Source: Eledone cirrhosa (Eukaryota). Taken from it: a DNA stretch of 64,000 bases. The translations under genes and the position numbers were made by a program. Where the stretch lies: contig OZ024740.1 in assembly GCA_964016885.1 (NCBI GenBank), forward strand, positions 87,420,001 through 87,484,000. Reading direction: 5' to 3'. Positions 14,470 to 26,632 of the stretch are shown here, piece after piece (position 1 is the first letter of the stretch; every line of letters starts with the position of its first letter). The notes below the pieces were generated by a model that saw only the letters and a list, made by a program, of their open reading frames with translations, ran no database searches and was not told the DNA's origin.

Positions 14470-14928
14470 TATTAAATAATAAAACCAAAATATTCTGAAC
14501 ATGATGGGATGCATAGCTTACCTATTACTATAACAAATATCACAATTGTATCCAAGATTTTAGAATAGGTATACTACATCACTGTGTACTATATGATGTG
14601 ACTAAAAGGGTGTCTAAAATAAAATATTGCTTCAAAAGACCTCATCCAACCCATGCCCACATGGAAAAGCTGGCATAAAAAGAATGACATTAACAAATCA
14701 TTTAAAGAGAGATTATATAGCTAATTTATAAAAGACAAGCTTGTTATATTCAATATAGAAATAGTCAGGAGATACAAGTAGGCTAGTTGGCATGGATCTA
14801 CAATTTAAGGACTACACTCCCCTAAAGTTTTACCCATAGTTTTATTTGCAAGTACATTTTGTATATCCATAACCCATACATATTTGGTACTCACTACTAA
14901 AATATTTTATAAATAGTTTGAAATCCCG

Positions 14929-15290
14929 CATTTCACATCTAGTCTGAGATTATTACCAATATTTGATAGCCTACATTTCACATCTGGCCTGGGCCTATTA
15001 CCAACATTTGGTAGCCTACATTTCACATCTGGCCTGGGCCTATTACCAACATTTCACATCTGGCCTGAGCCTATTACCAACATTTCACATCTGGCCTGAG
15101 CCTATTACCAACATTTGGTAGCCTACATTTCACATCTGGTCTGGGCCTATTACCAACATTTGGTAGCCTACATTTCATATCTGGACTGGGCCTATTACCA
15201 ACATTTGGCAGCCTACATTTCACATCTGGCTTGGGCCTATTACCAACATTTGGCAGCCTACATTTCACATCTGGCTTGGGCCTATTACCA
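14929..15290. repeat. 45-bp minisatellite (about 8-9 units, some 31-bp deletion variants)
   Basis: Unit acatttggtagcctacatttcacatctggcctgggcctattacca; accounts for the 15-aa periodic ORFs on both strands. Confidence 0.9.
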
Positions 15291-17399
15291 GTTTTGTACA
15301 GCCTGGAAATAACTAAATATGAACTTAAGATAGTGCTGCTTTTGATCAAAATCACCAATGGATCATATGAAGGAAGGCAATACTAAAAAGCTTATCTGAT
15401 ATAAGCCAGCAATCAAAATTGAGATAAATTATTCGTAACAATCATGAAAATACATCAGGGGAGTTCCTCTTATAAAATAACCAGCTAGAGCTTACCTAGG
15501 AGTTAACTGAAAATAAATATAAAAATTTGAAGAAAAAGCAAAAACAAAAAGAAACATTTTAGAATGCTGCTTTTCAAAGTTTTCCAAACATATGTCAATA
15601 TGAGAAAACTTTTGCATGATGATGATAATCTTATGGGTAAAAAACTAATGATTACAATGATCATCTGTATATATTAAACTTATTGAGTGACTTGGCATCC
15701 CCCTGACCCTCCACCCACCCCTATTTAAAGATGACACTATACCGACAATAAAAACTATCTGGTCTTATTTCTGACAATCAGAAAATATCATTTTTCCTGT
15801 TTGTTTTTGCAGCCTTGTTCTCTAAAGAAAGCAAGGTAAAAACAGAATTTTATGACATTAATGCTTTCTCCCAAGAGTAATAGTTATGAGTTTACTATTT
15901 GGGAGACAACTTCCTCATGTCAATTCATCTATGAATTCAAACATAACTTTACATAACATTCTGCTCTGTGTTCCTTCCTACAGACTATTTTTAAAGTCTC
16001 TTTCAGAGGGAATATTAAGACTTGGCTTTTTCTGATTTATTCCTGTCATAAGTTTGATGGACATACATATATATATTTGTTTTTTTAGTGCTTATAATAA
16101 TAGCAAGGTTTCTAGCTGTAGCACAACTAGATAAATTTGAGGTGAGAGAGGATAGCTGTATTGGTTTATTTTAATCAACCCTAGTACTTACTTAACTGCA
16201 TTTTATAGACTTCTGGCTGAGGAAAAATAAAATCAAACCCAAATGAATTTGCTATGACTGCTTTACCATTACATAACATCTCTCCCAGAATAAGAGAAAA
16301 AATCTAAAACTCGCAATTATTGTAAATGTTTAGCCTCAATGGTCAGTTGCCTGACTAAGTAGATATATGATCAAAAATGTTCATGTATTTCTTTGTTGGT
16401 AGTTTGTTAATTGAAAAAATGACAAATATTGCAATTTTTAAAAACATTTTAAACCTTCCGTTACCATATTTCAAATAATTTTGAAAATAATAAAGGATAT
16501 AAGTATATTTTTTCATTATTATAAAATTGGATGCCATACCCAAGTGAAAGGAAACAAAAATCCCAAAAGGTGTGAGCACTGTAAAGAGATGTGACTATAA
16601 ATACAAGTCAAAATGTTGTCTGTTCTTTTTTTACAAAATCCATCAATTGTACTCACTTCTAAAATGATCGCCCTGCTAGAAATCACACCTAAATATCCAT
16701 TAAATCACATCTACCACCTTAAATACAGGAAGGATACAATGTCATTCTTATGGCTCACACCCATGTATGTTTAGCCAATCCCCTATGAGGTTGCATCTCA
16801 TAGGTTTCTTGGTTGTTTTAATGATAGGGGCTTCCATTTTTCCAGTGGCAGAAGATGAGATTTGAACTCTGAGCAAAGAGAACTGGGTTAAATGCCTTGT
16901 TCTGAAAGTCATTTAATCCAACACTAACCATATTACCAATACACTAACTATACACAATGTAGTTCTAGATGAACTTAAAAAGACAGGATTATCACAACTG
17001 GAATGCATTTGACTATATATCTACTTGATTAGAGTAAACAAAAGAATCAAAGAAAAAGTATCACAAAAAGCTTTTGATATATTTTTTAATTAAGATATTA
17101 CATAGAATGTGCCATGTAATGACATTATAGAAAATTGTGCTGCCACTAATCTACAAATCATGTAGTCTATTTAGTAAAAGACTATACTATATCTAATTAC
17201 ATTGAACTATTATTTATGGTATTTAAACAAAATATGACATTACTTTTCTGCAACATTCACCAAACACAACTTTAGTATTAGATCTAACATCCCTAAACCT
17301 TTTAGACCATTGTCTCCTGCATATTATGTAGTAGAGATCATGTACGATGATAATGTCTTGTTACAAACATATTATTTATGGAATATATCATGTAAATAC

Positions 17400-17885
17400 A
17401 GTTTAATAGAAAAAGAAAAAGAAAGGCAAATTTCGATTGTGAAGAATGGAATATAAAATAAGAAAATGTGGAGAAAAAAAGAGAAAAAGAAAGAAAAAAG
17501 GGGGAGGGTTGTTGGGCTCTGAGTCTAGGGCGCGGCAGTGCCCCGCAAAAGCATACCCGCAGACAATGGCAAGTGACGCCCACTGTAACAGCCACCCCAC
17601 ATTGCGGGGCGCCGACGTTCCGATCTTGCGGAGGAGCTTGACTGTACGGGGTCCAAGTACGCCTGAGGTCTCGATGGCGACCGGGCAGTCTCCGGTATTT
17701 GTTTATTTTATTTTCCGTTCCTCTGCGAGGCAAAGAACGTGTCACAACAGGTAGTGTCCTAGATGAGGGATCTACCTCCTTCGAATGGGAAGAGGGTGAT
17801 TCCATCGGGACGCTTGCTGTCTCCAGTTGTGATGGAAAGCCAGTTGCGTCCAGGCCCCTAAGCCTGATAGAGCAGACAGACGTAT
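17400..17885 (-). mobile_element. GC/CpG-rich fragment, probably a retroelement end (class unresolved)
   Basis: Sharp GC island in AT-rich background; on the - strand it ends in a CT-rich tract and attaaa; no diagnostic protein motif. Confidence 0.3.
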
Positions 17886-18277
17886 AATTAGAGAAGCATT
17901 CGAGCTAGCATTTATGGGGAGGTGATTTTTCTAAGATTACATTACATGAAATAGAACTGTTATTTTTAGCATGCCTCAATCTGTCTCTTTCTGCTTCTGT
18001 TAATAAGAGCTAGGTTGTCAATTAAGATATGAAAATCAGTTTTTTCACTCATCGAAGTGTATAAAATATTCACCATACTTTTTGTTTGTTACTTTGTTTT
18101 TTGTCACACAGTAATGAAAATATTTCTTATATTAAAAAAAAGGGGCGATATCCAATTTTAGCGGCCTAAATGCCGCTTACTTGCTGTAGTTGCTGCTTAC
18201 TTCAATGTATGAGGCTATTCCAACAAATTTACATTCCCCTGTTTTTAGCCGTTAAAAGAAATATAGATTTATTTATT

Positions 18278-18740
18278 GTTTTTTTTTGCGATTTATTTGC
18301 CACTGGGGCATAGATTTCTTTATTTGCCTCTTTTTTTGTTTGTGTGTTTGTTTGTTTTTTTTTGCGATTTATTAGCCTTTTGGGGTCACACACACCCCAG
18401 TAGAAAGTGTGCGACCTTTCTGCCAGGGAGCACAGAGAGAGGGAGGTGCGACCTTCTTCTCTTACCTGTACAAGCCGATATAGAGAGATGGCCCACTTAC
18501 ACAGGCCATTATTGCTACTTTCACCCATCTTTCATGGAATTGGCTGGGACTGAGTGCCTTTTTCTCCACCTTGATCCTTCTTTCGAAGTGGTATCGGAAG
18601 AAGAGGACCATTTGTTGGCTGGCGACATATCCCCACAGTTTCCTCGTTGCAAACGCATCTGGGACATTTCTTTTCCAAGGGGTTTCCGTCCCGGAATCCG
18701 TGTCTGTAGAGCCTTTCCCGAACGGGCAGGGCCACTCGGT
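18278..18740 (-). mobile_element. L1/Tx1-like LINE 3' fragment (zf-RVT) plus stacked short 3' ends
   Basis: ALPVRERLYRHG...KCPRCVCNEETV resembles the zf-RVT C-terminus; ggctAATAAAtcgc(A)n end at about 18355-18378; second 32-bp end at 18278-18309 with ~15-bp TSD atagattt(a/c)tttatt. Confidence 0.7.
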
Positions 18741-18849
18741 ATAATAGTAAGTATTAGTGGTTGTAATAAAAATGCAATCAAAATGTAATAAATAACTTCA
18801 CTGATTTCTTTCCTTATATTATCAACAGAAGTTGGTATGTCACCCAAAG

Positions 18850-19400
18850 TTCGCTTTGGCATTATAAGGTAGTGGCCAACCTACTTTTTTTTACAAAGGC
18901 CTTTCAGTTGACCAAATAAGACTTGTTTTGGGATTCTTCCATCATTCATTCTCAAAATGTTGCCACACCATCTCATCTGAAATTTGATCAACAATGTTTC
19001 TATTCCAGAAATATTGCATTGCAATAGCATTTCGCTATTTTTCACTCTATCATTCCATTTTACACCACAAATCTGCCTTAGACACATCATATGGAAACTG
19101 TTCATTTGATTTATGTGTTTGCAATAGTAGGTCCAGGCTTCTGCTTCATAGTAAAAGAGTTGTAAGAACAACAGCTTTATAGATATCAACTTTTGTTTTG
19201 ACAAACGGGAGTGTTTTATAGTCTACCATAAAATTTACCAAAAGCTGAACTTGCCTTTTCTATGCGTATATCAGTTTTCTTGTCTAACTTTTCATTAGTT
19301 ACAGTTAATCAACGGGATGTGAAACTAGTGACTATCTTTAGAGTTTGGACTTCAACATAAATCCTTAGATGAGTTTCAAGACTGTTTCCTGACCTTGGTT
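18850..19400 (-). mobile_element. Decayed RTE (BovB-like) LINE RT C-terminal fragment
   Basis: YEAEAWT..HINQMNSFHMMCLRQICGVKWNDRVKN..RWCGNILRMNDGRIPKQVLFGQL. Confidence 0.8.
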
Positions 19401-19981
19401 GAAACATGACTTCTAATTCACAATAATTCTAAAGTGGGGGTTTGGAATCAGCCTATCACAGTATATTTGGCTAAAACCAAGAATGCATCTTTGAAAAATG
19501 CCATCCAGCAAGCCCCCTTAGTGATAGGCCCCACAATAAGGTAAAAAATCCAAGGATTGGTGCTCCTAGGACAAACGGACAGCCATAGGAGTCCCGTTTA
19601 ATATATTGAGTAAAGAGACAGAAAAAGCAAAGGCAAAACAGAATACAGTTAAACTAATAGTCAAGTTTCATATTCTGTCTTATTTTTGTTTTTGTCTTTT
19701 GTTACTACATAGTACGATAGTTGCAGCCTGATGATGTTGAGTAGATTGTTAATTTGCTGGGTGGGTTGAGGTATGGTTTTGAGGGATGTGTGTGAATTTT
19801 AATTTATGTTTTGCATGGTATATATCTGGTAGGTGGGGTTGATTATAGAATTATTGTTTGCATAGTTTGATGAAAATCTGTTTATAAACAAATTAATGTA
19901 ATTGATTGTCTTAGTTTATATATATCCATATATAGTTGATGGCCAAGAGAAGAGAATACTCAAAAACGAAATAGAGTTTAA

Positions 19982-20110
19982 ATATTCATTTTATCAAGGG
20001 TAGATACTGAGCCTTGTTACGCTGGAGTTTCACCTGCTTCTTACAGGGTCATCTGTGAGAAGCGGGTGAAACTCCTGAGTAACAAGAATATTTAGCCTTA
20101 ATAAAATGAG

Positions 20111-20113
<3 letters not shown>
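19982..20113. repeat. ~130-nt imperfect palindrome/hairpin
   Basis: Arms: atattcattttatcaagg/ccttaataaaatgagtat, cttgttac/gtaacaag, ggagtttcacctgcttcttacag/ctgtgagaagcgggtgaaactcc. Confidence 0.85.
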
Positions 20114-20149
<36 letters not shown>

Positions 20150-20165
20150 CATATGTATATATATA

Positions 20166-20315
20166 TCATCGTTGAACATCCATATTCCACGCTTGCATGG
20201 GTTTGGACGGGGGTTTTCCCACTTGAGGCAAGAGTGGTTGTCTTGCTCGCATAGGACTGTCTGACGGGTTTTCTACGGCTGGATGCCCTTCCTAACACCA
20301 ACCACATTTACAGTG
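20166..20315 (-). mobile_element. RTE subfamily A 3' tail, truncated at cagtg
   Basis: Near-identical to 2036-2185 and 29040-29190. Confidence 0.85.
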
Positions 20316-20477
20316 GCAAATAAATCGCAAAAAAAAAAAAAACAATAAATAAATCTATATTTCTTTTAACGGCTAAAAAAAGGGGAATGTAAATTTGTTG
20401 GAATAGCCTCATACATTGAAGTAAGCAGCAACTACAGCAAGTAAGCGGCATTTAGGCCGCTAAAATTGGATATCGCC
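20311..20477 (-). repeat. Inverted copy of 18144-18305
   Basis: Near-perfect reverse complement (ggcgatatccaatttt...gatttatttgccactg). Confidence 0.95.
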
Positions 20478-21375
20478 AAAAAAGGAATATCTTTATTAAT
20501 CATTTCGCTTTTATCAAATTTATTTATTTTATTTATTTATTTATAATTAGTTTTCATTTTTTTTTTTTATACTTAGGGCTCATGAGAGGATTGAATAAAT
20601 TTGCGTTTCAGAGTTTTCAGTTAATTCTTGTAAAAAATAAATTATATATATATATATTTCGTATTAATGTCACAATTCACCTCAAGGCATATGAAAAAAT
20701 GATACTCATATATCTTTCCTTGTTTTCTTCCGTCATGAAATCTCAAATATATGTAAGGGCAAGACCATGTTTTTCATGCTCTTTTTTTCCTGAATGTATA
20801 AGTTTAGTCTTTTTCTAATCTGGATTGACATTTCCATGAATGAAATATAAGTAAATATTATATGAGAAGTAAATAAGACCAACTAGAAATAATTGATGCT
20901 ATAAATGTGTATAGGATTTATATATTTATACATGCACAATTGTGTATATACATACGCGTGCGTATTTTGGTATGTATATATATATAAATGCATTCGCCAC
21001 AAAGTGAGGCATGTTATTTCTATCTATCAGACATGTAAAATAGTATCAAATTAAAGATTACTTAGTTGCGGTATGCATCGTTAAAAAAAATTCTTGATCC
21101 TATTTAAAATGAAATCAGTAGTTAAAAATCCACAGCTATTTGTCATGAATATCTGCTTATTTTCATGCCATAATGTTTGATAGTGGCTAGTAGAGTATTT
21201 GTATCTTTAAGCAAAGTACGAGAGTAGCAGTTTAGTAAAAATGCAATTTCAAAGCGAACACAACGATTTCAAAATGGGCACATTTCGTTTTTACACAAAA
21301 CAAACCTAATTAAATTAATCAATAATATATAACGGGGAAGAACATTTTTGTAGTTTTTTTTTTTATTATCATTAC

Positions 21376-21735
21376 CAGACTGTCAACTCTCCCCATCCGA
21401 CGTGGAGATCTCTCACCCACTTTGGGATGTCTTCTCTTGTGAAAATGAATATAGCTTTCATTATGTAAAATCTCCCCAGGGTGGTGAATCGGTAGAGGGT
21501 TGGACGCCATGCTTTCTAGCATAGTTACGTCCCTTTACAGTCTGAGTTCAAATCCCGCCGAGGTTAACTTTGCCTTTCATCCTTACGGGGTCGATAAAAA
21601 TAAAGTACCAGTAATGTACTGGATAATTTGCTGGCCTTGTGCCTAAAGTAGAAACAATTATGTAAAATCTCCCCATTTCTCCCAGTTTTGGAGCACTTCT
21701 TTCACCGTTTGGGTTTTTAGAGGTTGGCAGGTCTG
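21376..21735. mobile_element. hAT-like MITE interrupted by a SINE
   Basis: Termini cagactgtcaactctc / gaggttggcaggtctg; flanking direct repeat cattac (21370-21375, 21736-21741). Confidence 0.55.
21479..21656 (+). mobile_element. tRNA-derived SINE (family 1)
   Basis: B box gttcaaatc and family consensus; 19-bp TSD attatgtaaaatctcccca (21460-21478, 21657-21675). Confidence 0.9.
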
Positions 21736-22059
21736 CATTACATCCATCTCCGAAACGAGTATTACGGAATTCTTGGATGGGCGAAAACGAGTAATTTACG
21801 ACAGTTTTTAAAGGTTATTTTCGTTCAAAACATCAAAAATCTATCAGTAAAAACAAATTTCACCGTCAGTTTTAATCAAACTTAACTAATTTCGCATAAA
21901 ATTGAAGAAAAAATATACACCGGTCGAATATTAGTCAGTGAAAAGTCCATTTATAATCAGATGAAATCAAATCACAATCAAACATTATTTACCTTGAATG
22001 ACTAAATCCTGAAGGAATATACAAGTTCTGAAATTGTTGCACGAAGAAGGTTGGGGGCA

Positions 22060-22157
22060 GTCGGAATGAGGGGGGGGGTCGGAATGAGGGGGGGGGGGGG
22101 GAATGAGGGGGGGGGGTCGGAATGAGGGGGGGGTCGGAATGAGGGGGGGGGGGGGGC
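22060..22157 (+). repeat. G-rich minisatellite with G-quadruplex potential
   Basis: Five units of (gtc)ggaatga followed by long G runs. Confidence 0.85.
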
Positions 22158-22296
22158 ATAGACAAACAGTATCAAAGGAAACTGGCTCACACTACAAAGA
22201 CTTTATTCAAATGATAGGCATTAATTTGAATATTGCGAACAATAATTTTAAACTATTTCTGGACAGCAAAACTAAAAGAACCAACCAATGGTAATA

Positions 22297-22448
22297 CAGG
22301 TAAATTTCCGTTATAAGGAATGTTTTCAGTATATCGAAATGTTTTCAATCCATGAGGAAATACCAAACCAACGCAGTGTTTCGGTCGATCTCGTTACAAC
22401 GATTTTTTTTTTATACGCCGTGAATTTCGTTACAACGGAATTTCAGTG
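22297..22448. mobile_element. Tc1/mariner (pogo/Tigger-like) MITE
   Basis: TA|caggtaaatttccgttataa ... ttacaacggaatttcagtg|TA; sister copy at 45312-45481. Confidence 0.75.
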
Positions 22449-22969
22449 TATGAATGTTTGTAGTGATTGTACAATGCAATAGATTTTTTTTCAAACGTAG
22501 TATAGTTAATATCAAGCATTTTGAAATATGTAATAAATGACTGATGAGTTTCAAAAAGTCGATACAATGTACTAGAAATAGAAAGGCAACGGATGACAAA
22601 TAAAACAAAACAAAGTAATGCTGTATCCAGTATTTAAGCATGATATTTCAGGGTTTTTACATCCTTTTCAAATGTAAAACGGAAATGAATGATCGATGTG
22701 TTTTTCCTTAACTGTTCTAATCACAAATAAATAAAATTCAATATGGACGAAGCAGATTGACTACTATAACGAAACAATTTCACTCACACGTACTTCAGAC
22801 ACGTTCGTTCGTTTTTGTTTTGAACCGTTTCCGTCTCACATTTGAAAAAAAGGGTATAAGCGCTGAAATATCATGTTGAAATATACTTGATAAAACATTA
22901 CTTTATCATCCTTTGCCCTCTATATATTTCTACCACATTGTATCGACCTTTTGAAACTTATTCATTTAT

Positions 22970-23402
22970 TACAATTCTTTCTAACATTGGCAACAAGACC
23001 AGTAATTTGGGGAAAGGGGCAAGTCAATTTTATGCCTCCACCTCCCTACTTCATTGGTACTTTATTTTATCGACTACAGGCGGATGGAAAGCAAAGTTGC
23101 CCTCGTTTGGATTTGAACTCAGAACGTAGAACATGGTGTCTAAATGCCGACAATCACTTCGTCCGGGGCCCTATTGATACTACCGATGCACCACTCCTTA
23201 GGAACCAATAAATAATTGTTTCTACTTTTGGCACAAGGCCAGCAATTATCCCAGTACATTACTGGTACTTTATTTTATCGACCCCGTAAGGATGAAAGGC
23301 AAAGTAAACCTCGGCGGGATTTGAACTCAGATCGTAAAGGGACGTAACTATGCTGGAAAGCATGGCGTCCGACCTTCTACCGATACTGCCAATCCACCGC
23401 CC
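22970..23402 (-). mobile_element. Old SINE followed by a young family-1 SINE (23217-23402)
   Basis: Young copy has 18-bp TSD taggaaccaataaataat (23199-23216, 23403-23420). Confidence 0.85.
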
Positions 23403-25815
23403 TAGGAACCAATAAATAATAATCCATATATCACTTTGCAAAAGATAAATGAGTAGTTTGCCTAGCTGCTTACAAATGATGTTATTTTCTATTAGGTAAA
23501 TCATTTTGTGTTCATCTCACTTTGAAGTGGCAAATTCTCACTTTGTGCTCACTTAAAATTACAAATACTTTAGTAATATTACTAGCCCTTTGTGTGTATA
23601 TATATATATATATATAAAATAAATGTTTTGTTATGCTTTGATCGATATTGATTATTAGGCTAGACTACTTAAACTAGTGGACGGGATGAAACAGGTGAGA
23701 TTCTATGACAATCGATCTGAAAACGGTTATAAAATATAATTTCTAACATAGGCAGCAAGGCTTCAAATATTTTGGTGAAGTATTCTGTTATATATATAAT
23801 CGACACAGTACGTAACTTCGTACTTATGTTATCGACCCAAGGAAGGATTAAAGGCAAAATTGATCTGTTTAGCAATTGAATTCCGTTTGTAAAGGAATGT
23901 AATTAAATATTGCCAGGCATTTTGTCCTCAGCTATCTAACTACCTTGCGATAAAATATTTCTTATAGTCACATAATGCTACGCTTTCGTTAGAATAGATA
24001 TAATCTACAACACAGAAATGGATCCCTGTACTTAACAGAATCCAAATACCGTAAAGAAAATATATGATTATCCAAATAATTAGTTGATAAAAACTCCATC
24101 TATGGGCATAAATCAAGCATGGGAGATAGTGCCCCAAATTTTCGATTATTCGAACTAACCCAACATCCTGTTCCACGTGAGCAAGATATCCTTCAAATTG
24201 ATATGACTGCATCACAATTTGTCCACTTTTAAAGACACTTTAAACGTATGCATTAACTATCCCGTTTTTCGTTATTTTCTTTAAAAGATTAAGGCAAAAA
24301 TATGTCAATCCGAATTGTCTGTAACGTCCAGAAGCTTCGATCAACTTATCTTGTCGTAGTTATTTCCCTTGTATATTTTTAAGCGTTAAATCTCCCAACG
24401 AGGAAGTTTCTATATACTAATCACTTGAATAATTTCAGTGAATGAAAATGTTTCAAGTCATTAGGTATGGCACCGTGAGACTGCGATAATTGTACACAGG
24501 TTCACTTTATATTATCGATCCCCTTCTTTTCTTCCTCATAACAATGAAACGCGAAGTCGACACTGAAGGTTAAACGTACAGCTAAGTGCTTGCAAAGCAT
24601 TCTCTCTGACTCTGTTGATGCTGTAGTAGTAGTGATGGTGTTGGCGACGGCGGTGATAGTAATAGCAGTTATAGTGGTGGTGGTTTGCCACAAGGCTGAC
24701 GAGTGTGGGAATATTACAAGGATAAATTACACAAACATTGGGAGTTTACGCAGAATTGATTATGGAAAATAAAGAACAGACATGAAAAAAACACCAATAT
24801 ATAAAAATAACGATTTCTAACTTTGGCTCCAAGGCAACAAATATTTTGTAGGGTGGGTAAAATCGATTATGTCGGCGCCAGTACTTGACTGGTCCTTTAT
24901 TTTATTGACCTCATTTAGATTTGAACTTATTACCCCCTAACGTCTCATATTGGAATGCAACTACAAATTTGTTATGAAGGTTATATTTCGACAATACTGA
25001 AATTTGGTTGCACTAAAAAAATATCTTCTTTGATGAACAATCTGGCCGCAACACAGTTTCATAGGAAAAAAATTTCTTCCACGACCACCTTCCGAGTATG
25101 AATGAATCTGGTTTGTACGTTGACTCGAAGATCGCCCTGGGTTGTAGTTAAGTACGGCAAAGCATTTTGTCTGTTGTATCGATTTTGCAAAACCAACGCC
25201 CCAAAGGTAAGAAAATATAATAAACTCAATTCCGTAAACAAGAGTGGCAGTGTATGAACTTAGCTTAAAGCCTTTGAAATAAACTGATAAACAAAAGTTA
25301 TTTTTCCTGTTTTACTTTCGTTTTCTTCGGAACACTCGTACAAAAATAAAAATAGTTATTGAAATAATTCAAAATATGACTTTAAAAAAACAAAAACAAC
25401 AGAATAAGGCATGTAAAAGTTTCGTATTACTGTAAATATTGACTTAACTACGTTATAATCTAGAGTAATTTTACAAAAAAAAAAAAAGAATTTAGACTGA
25501 CATTCCCCTCACCCTTTGTTTTTTTTAAAGTTTTTTAATCTGTTCCCACACATTCGTGGATGTTATTTGTAATTGAAGTTAACCTATATTGAACAAATTT
25601 ATTCTATTTCCTTGTAGCTAAAATATATGTAATGTTTTGTTTGTCACGACAGGTGTTCTAAGGTATATTCTTTAAGATGCATAACTATGGAACAAAATCA
25701 AAGATTTTAACTTAATAAAACCTAAGAAGATCGGTAAATTTACGCATCTCAATAGAAAAAAAAAACAGGCTTATAAAATGTGTATAATTTCTACGGGTCC
25801 GTTAGTCTAATATTA

Positions 25816-26196
25816 TTGGCAGTATCGGTAGAGGGTCGGACGCCATGCTTTGACGCATAGAGTTACGGCCCTTGCCATTCTGAGTTCAAATCCCGCCGAG
25901 GTTAACTTTGCCTTTCATCCTTACGGAAGTCGATAAAATAAAGTACCAGTCACGCACTGGTTTGATTTAATCGACTTTCTCCTCCCCCAAAATTGCTGGC
26001 CTTGTACCTGAATTGGCAGTATCGGTAGAGGGTCGGACGACATGCTTTGACGCATAGAGTTACGGTCCTTGCCATTCTGAGTTCAAATCCCGCCGAGGTT
26101 AACTTTACCTTTCATCCTTACGGGGGTCGATAAAATAAAGTACCAGTAATGCACTGGGTAATTGCTGGCCTTGTGCCAAAAGTAGAAACAATTATT
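25816..26196 (+). mobile_element. Tandem dimer of family-1 SINEs
   Basis: Two head-to-tail copies starting ttggcagtatcggtagagggtcggacg at about 25816 and 26013. Confidence 0.9.
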
Positions 26197-26451
26197 ATAC
26201 CTGATATCAGAGCCAGATTTATCAATAAGTATAGGTACACATTGGCCTAGAGTACACAGGTACCTGGGAGTCCACTGAACCTAATTTGTCACGCAACGTA
26301 CAACTTTGTTTCAAATATACATCGGCTATTTCATTCTATTATATAGCACATTGTGTTGTGGTTCGTATTTCTTATATTTGTTGACATTTGGCCATTACAA
26401 AAAGAATTACAGTAAAATATATACATATATTGGGCATAGGTAAAATATAAC

Positions 26452-26632
26452 TGTCTCTACTTTAGGCACAAGGCCAGCAATTACCCAATGCATTACTGGT
26501 ACTTTATTTTATCGACCCCGTAAGGATGAAAGGCAGAGTCAACCTCGGCGGGATTTGAACTCAGATCGTAAAGGGACGTAACTATGCTGGAAAGCATGGC
26601 GTCCGACCCTCTACCGATACTGCCAATCCACC
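26452..26632 (-). mobile_element. Family-1 SINE inserted in the Merlin left TIR
   Basis: Full SINE consensus; 18-bp TSD gcataggtaaaatataac (26434-26451, 26633-26650). Confidence 0.92.

Noticed and set aside
14929-15290. Possible CRISPR array or repeat-protein gene
   Set aside because: Units are contiguous with no unique spacers, the context is eukaryotic with no cas genes, and the ORFs arise from the 45-bp period
4697-16603. Other minus-strand exon candidates (about 4697-4862, 5325-5372, 10106-10212, 16540-16594)
   Set aside because: Donor-like sites exist, but acceptors are mostly weak and no recognisable protein can be assembled
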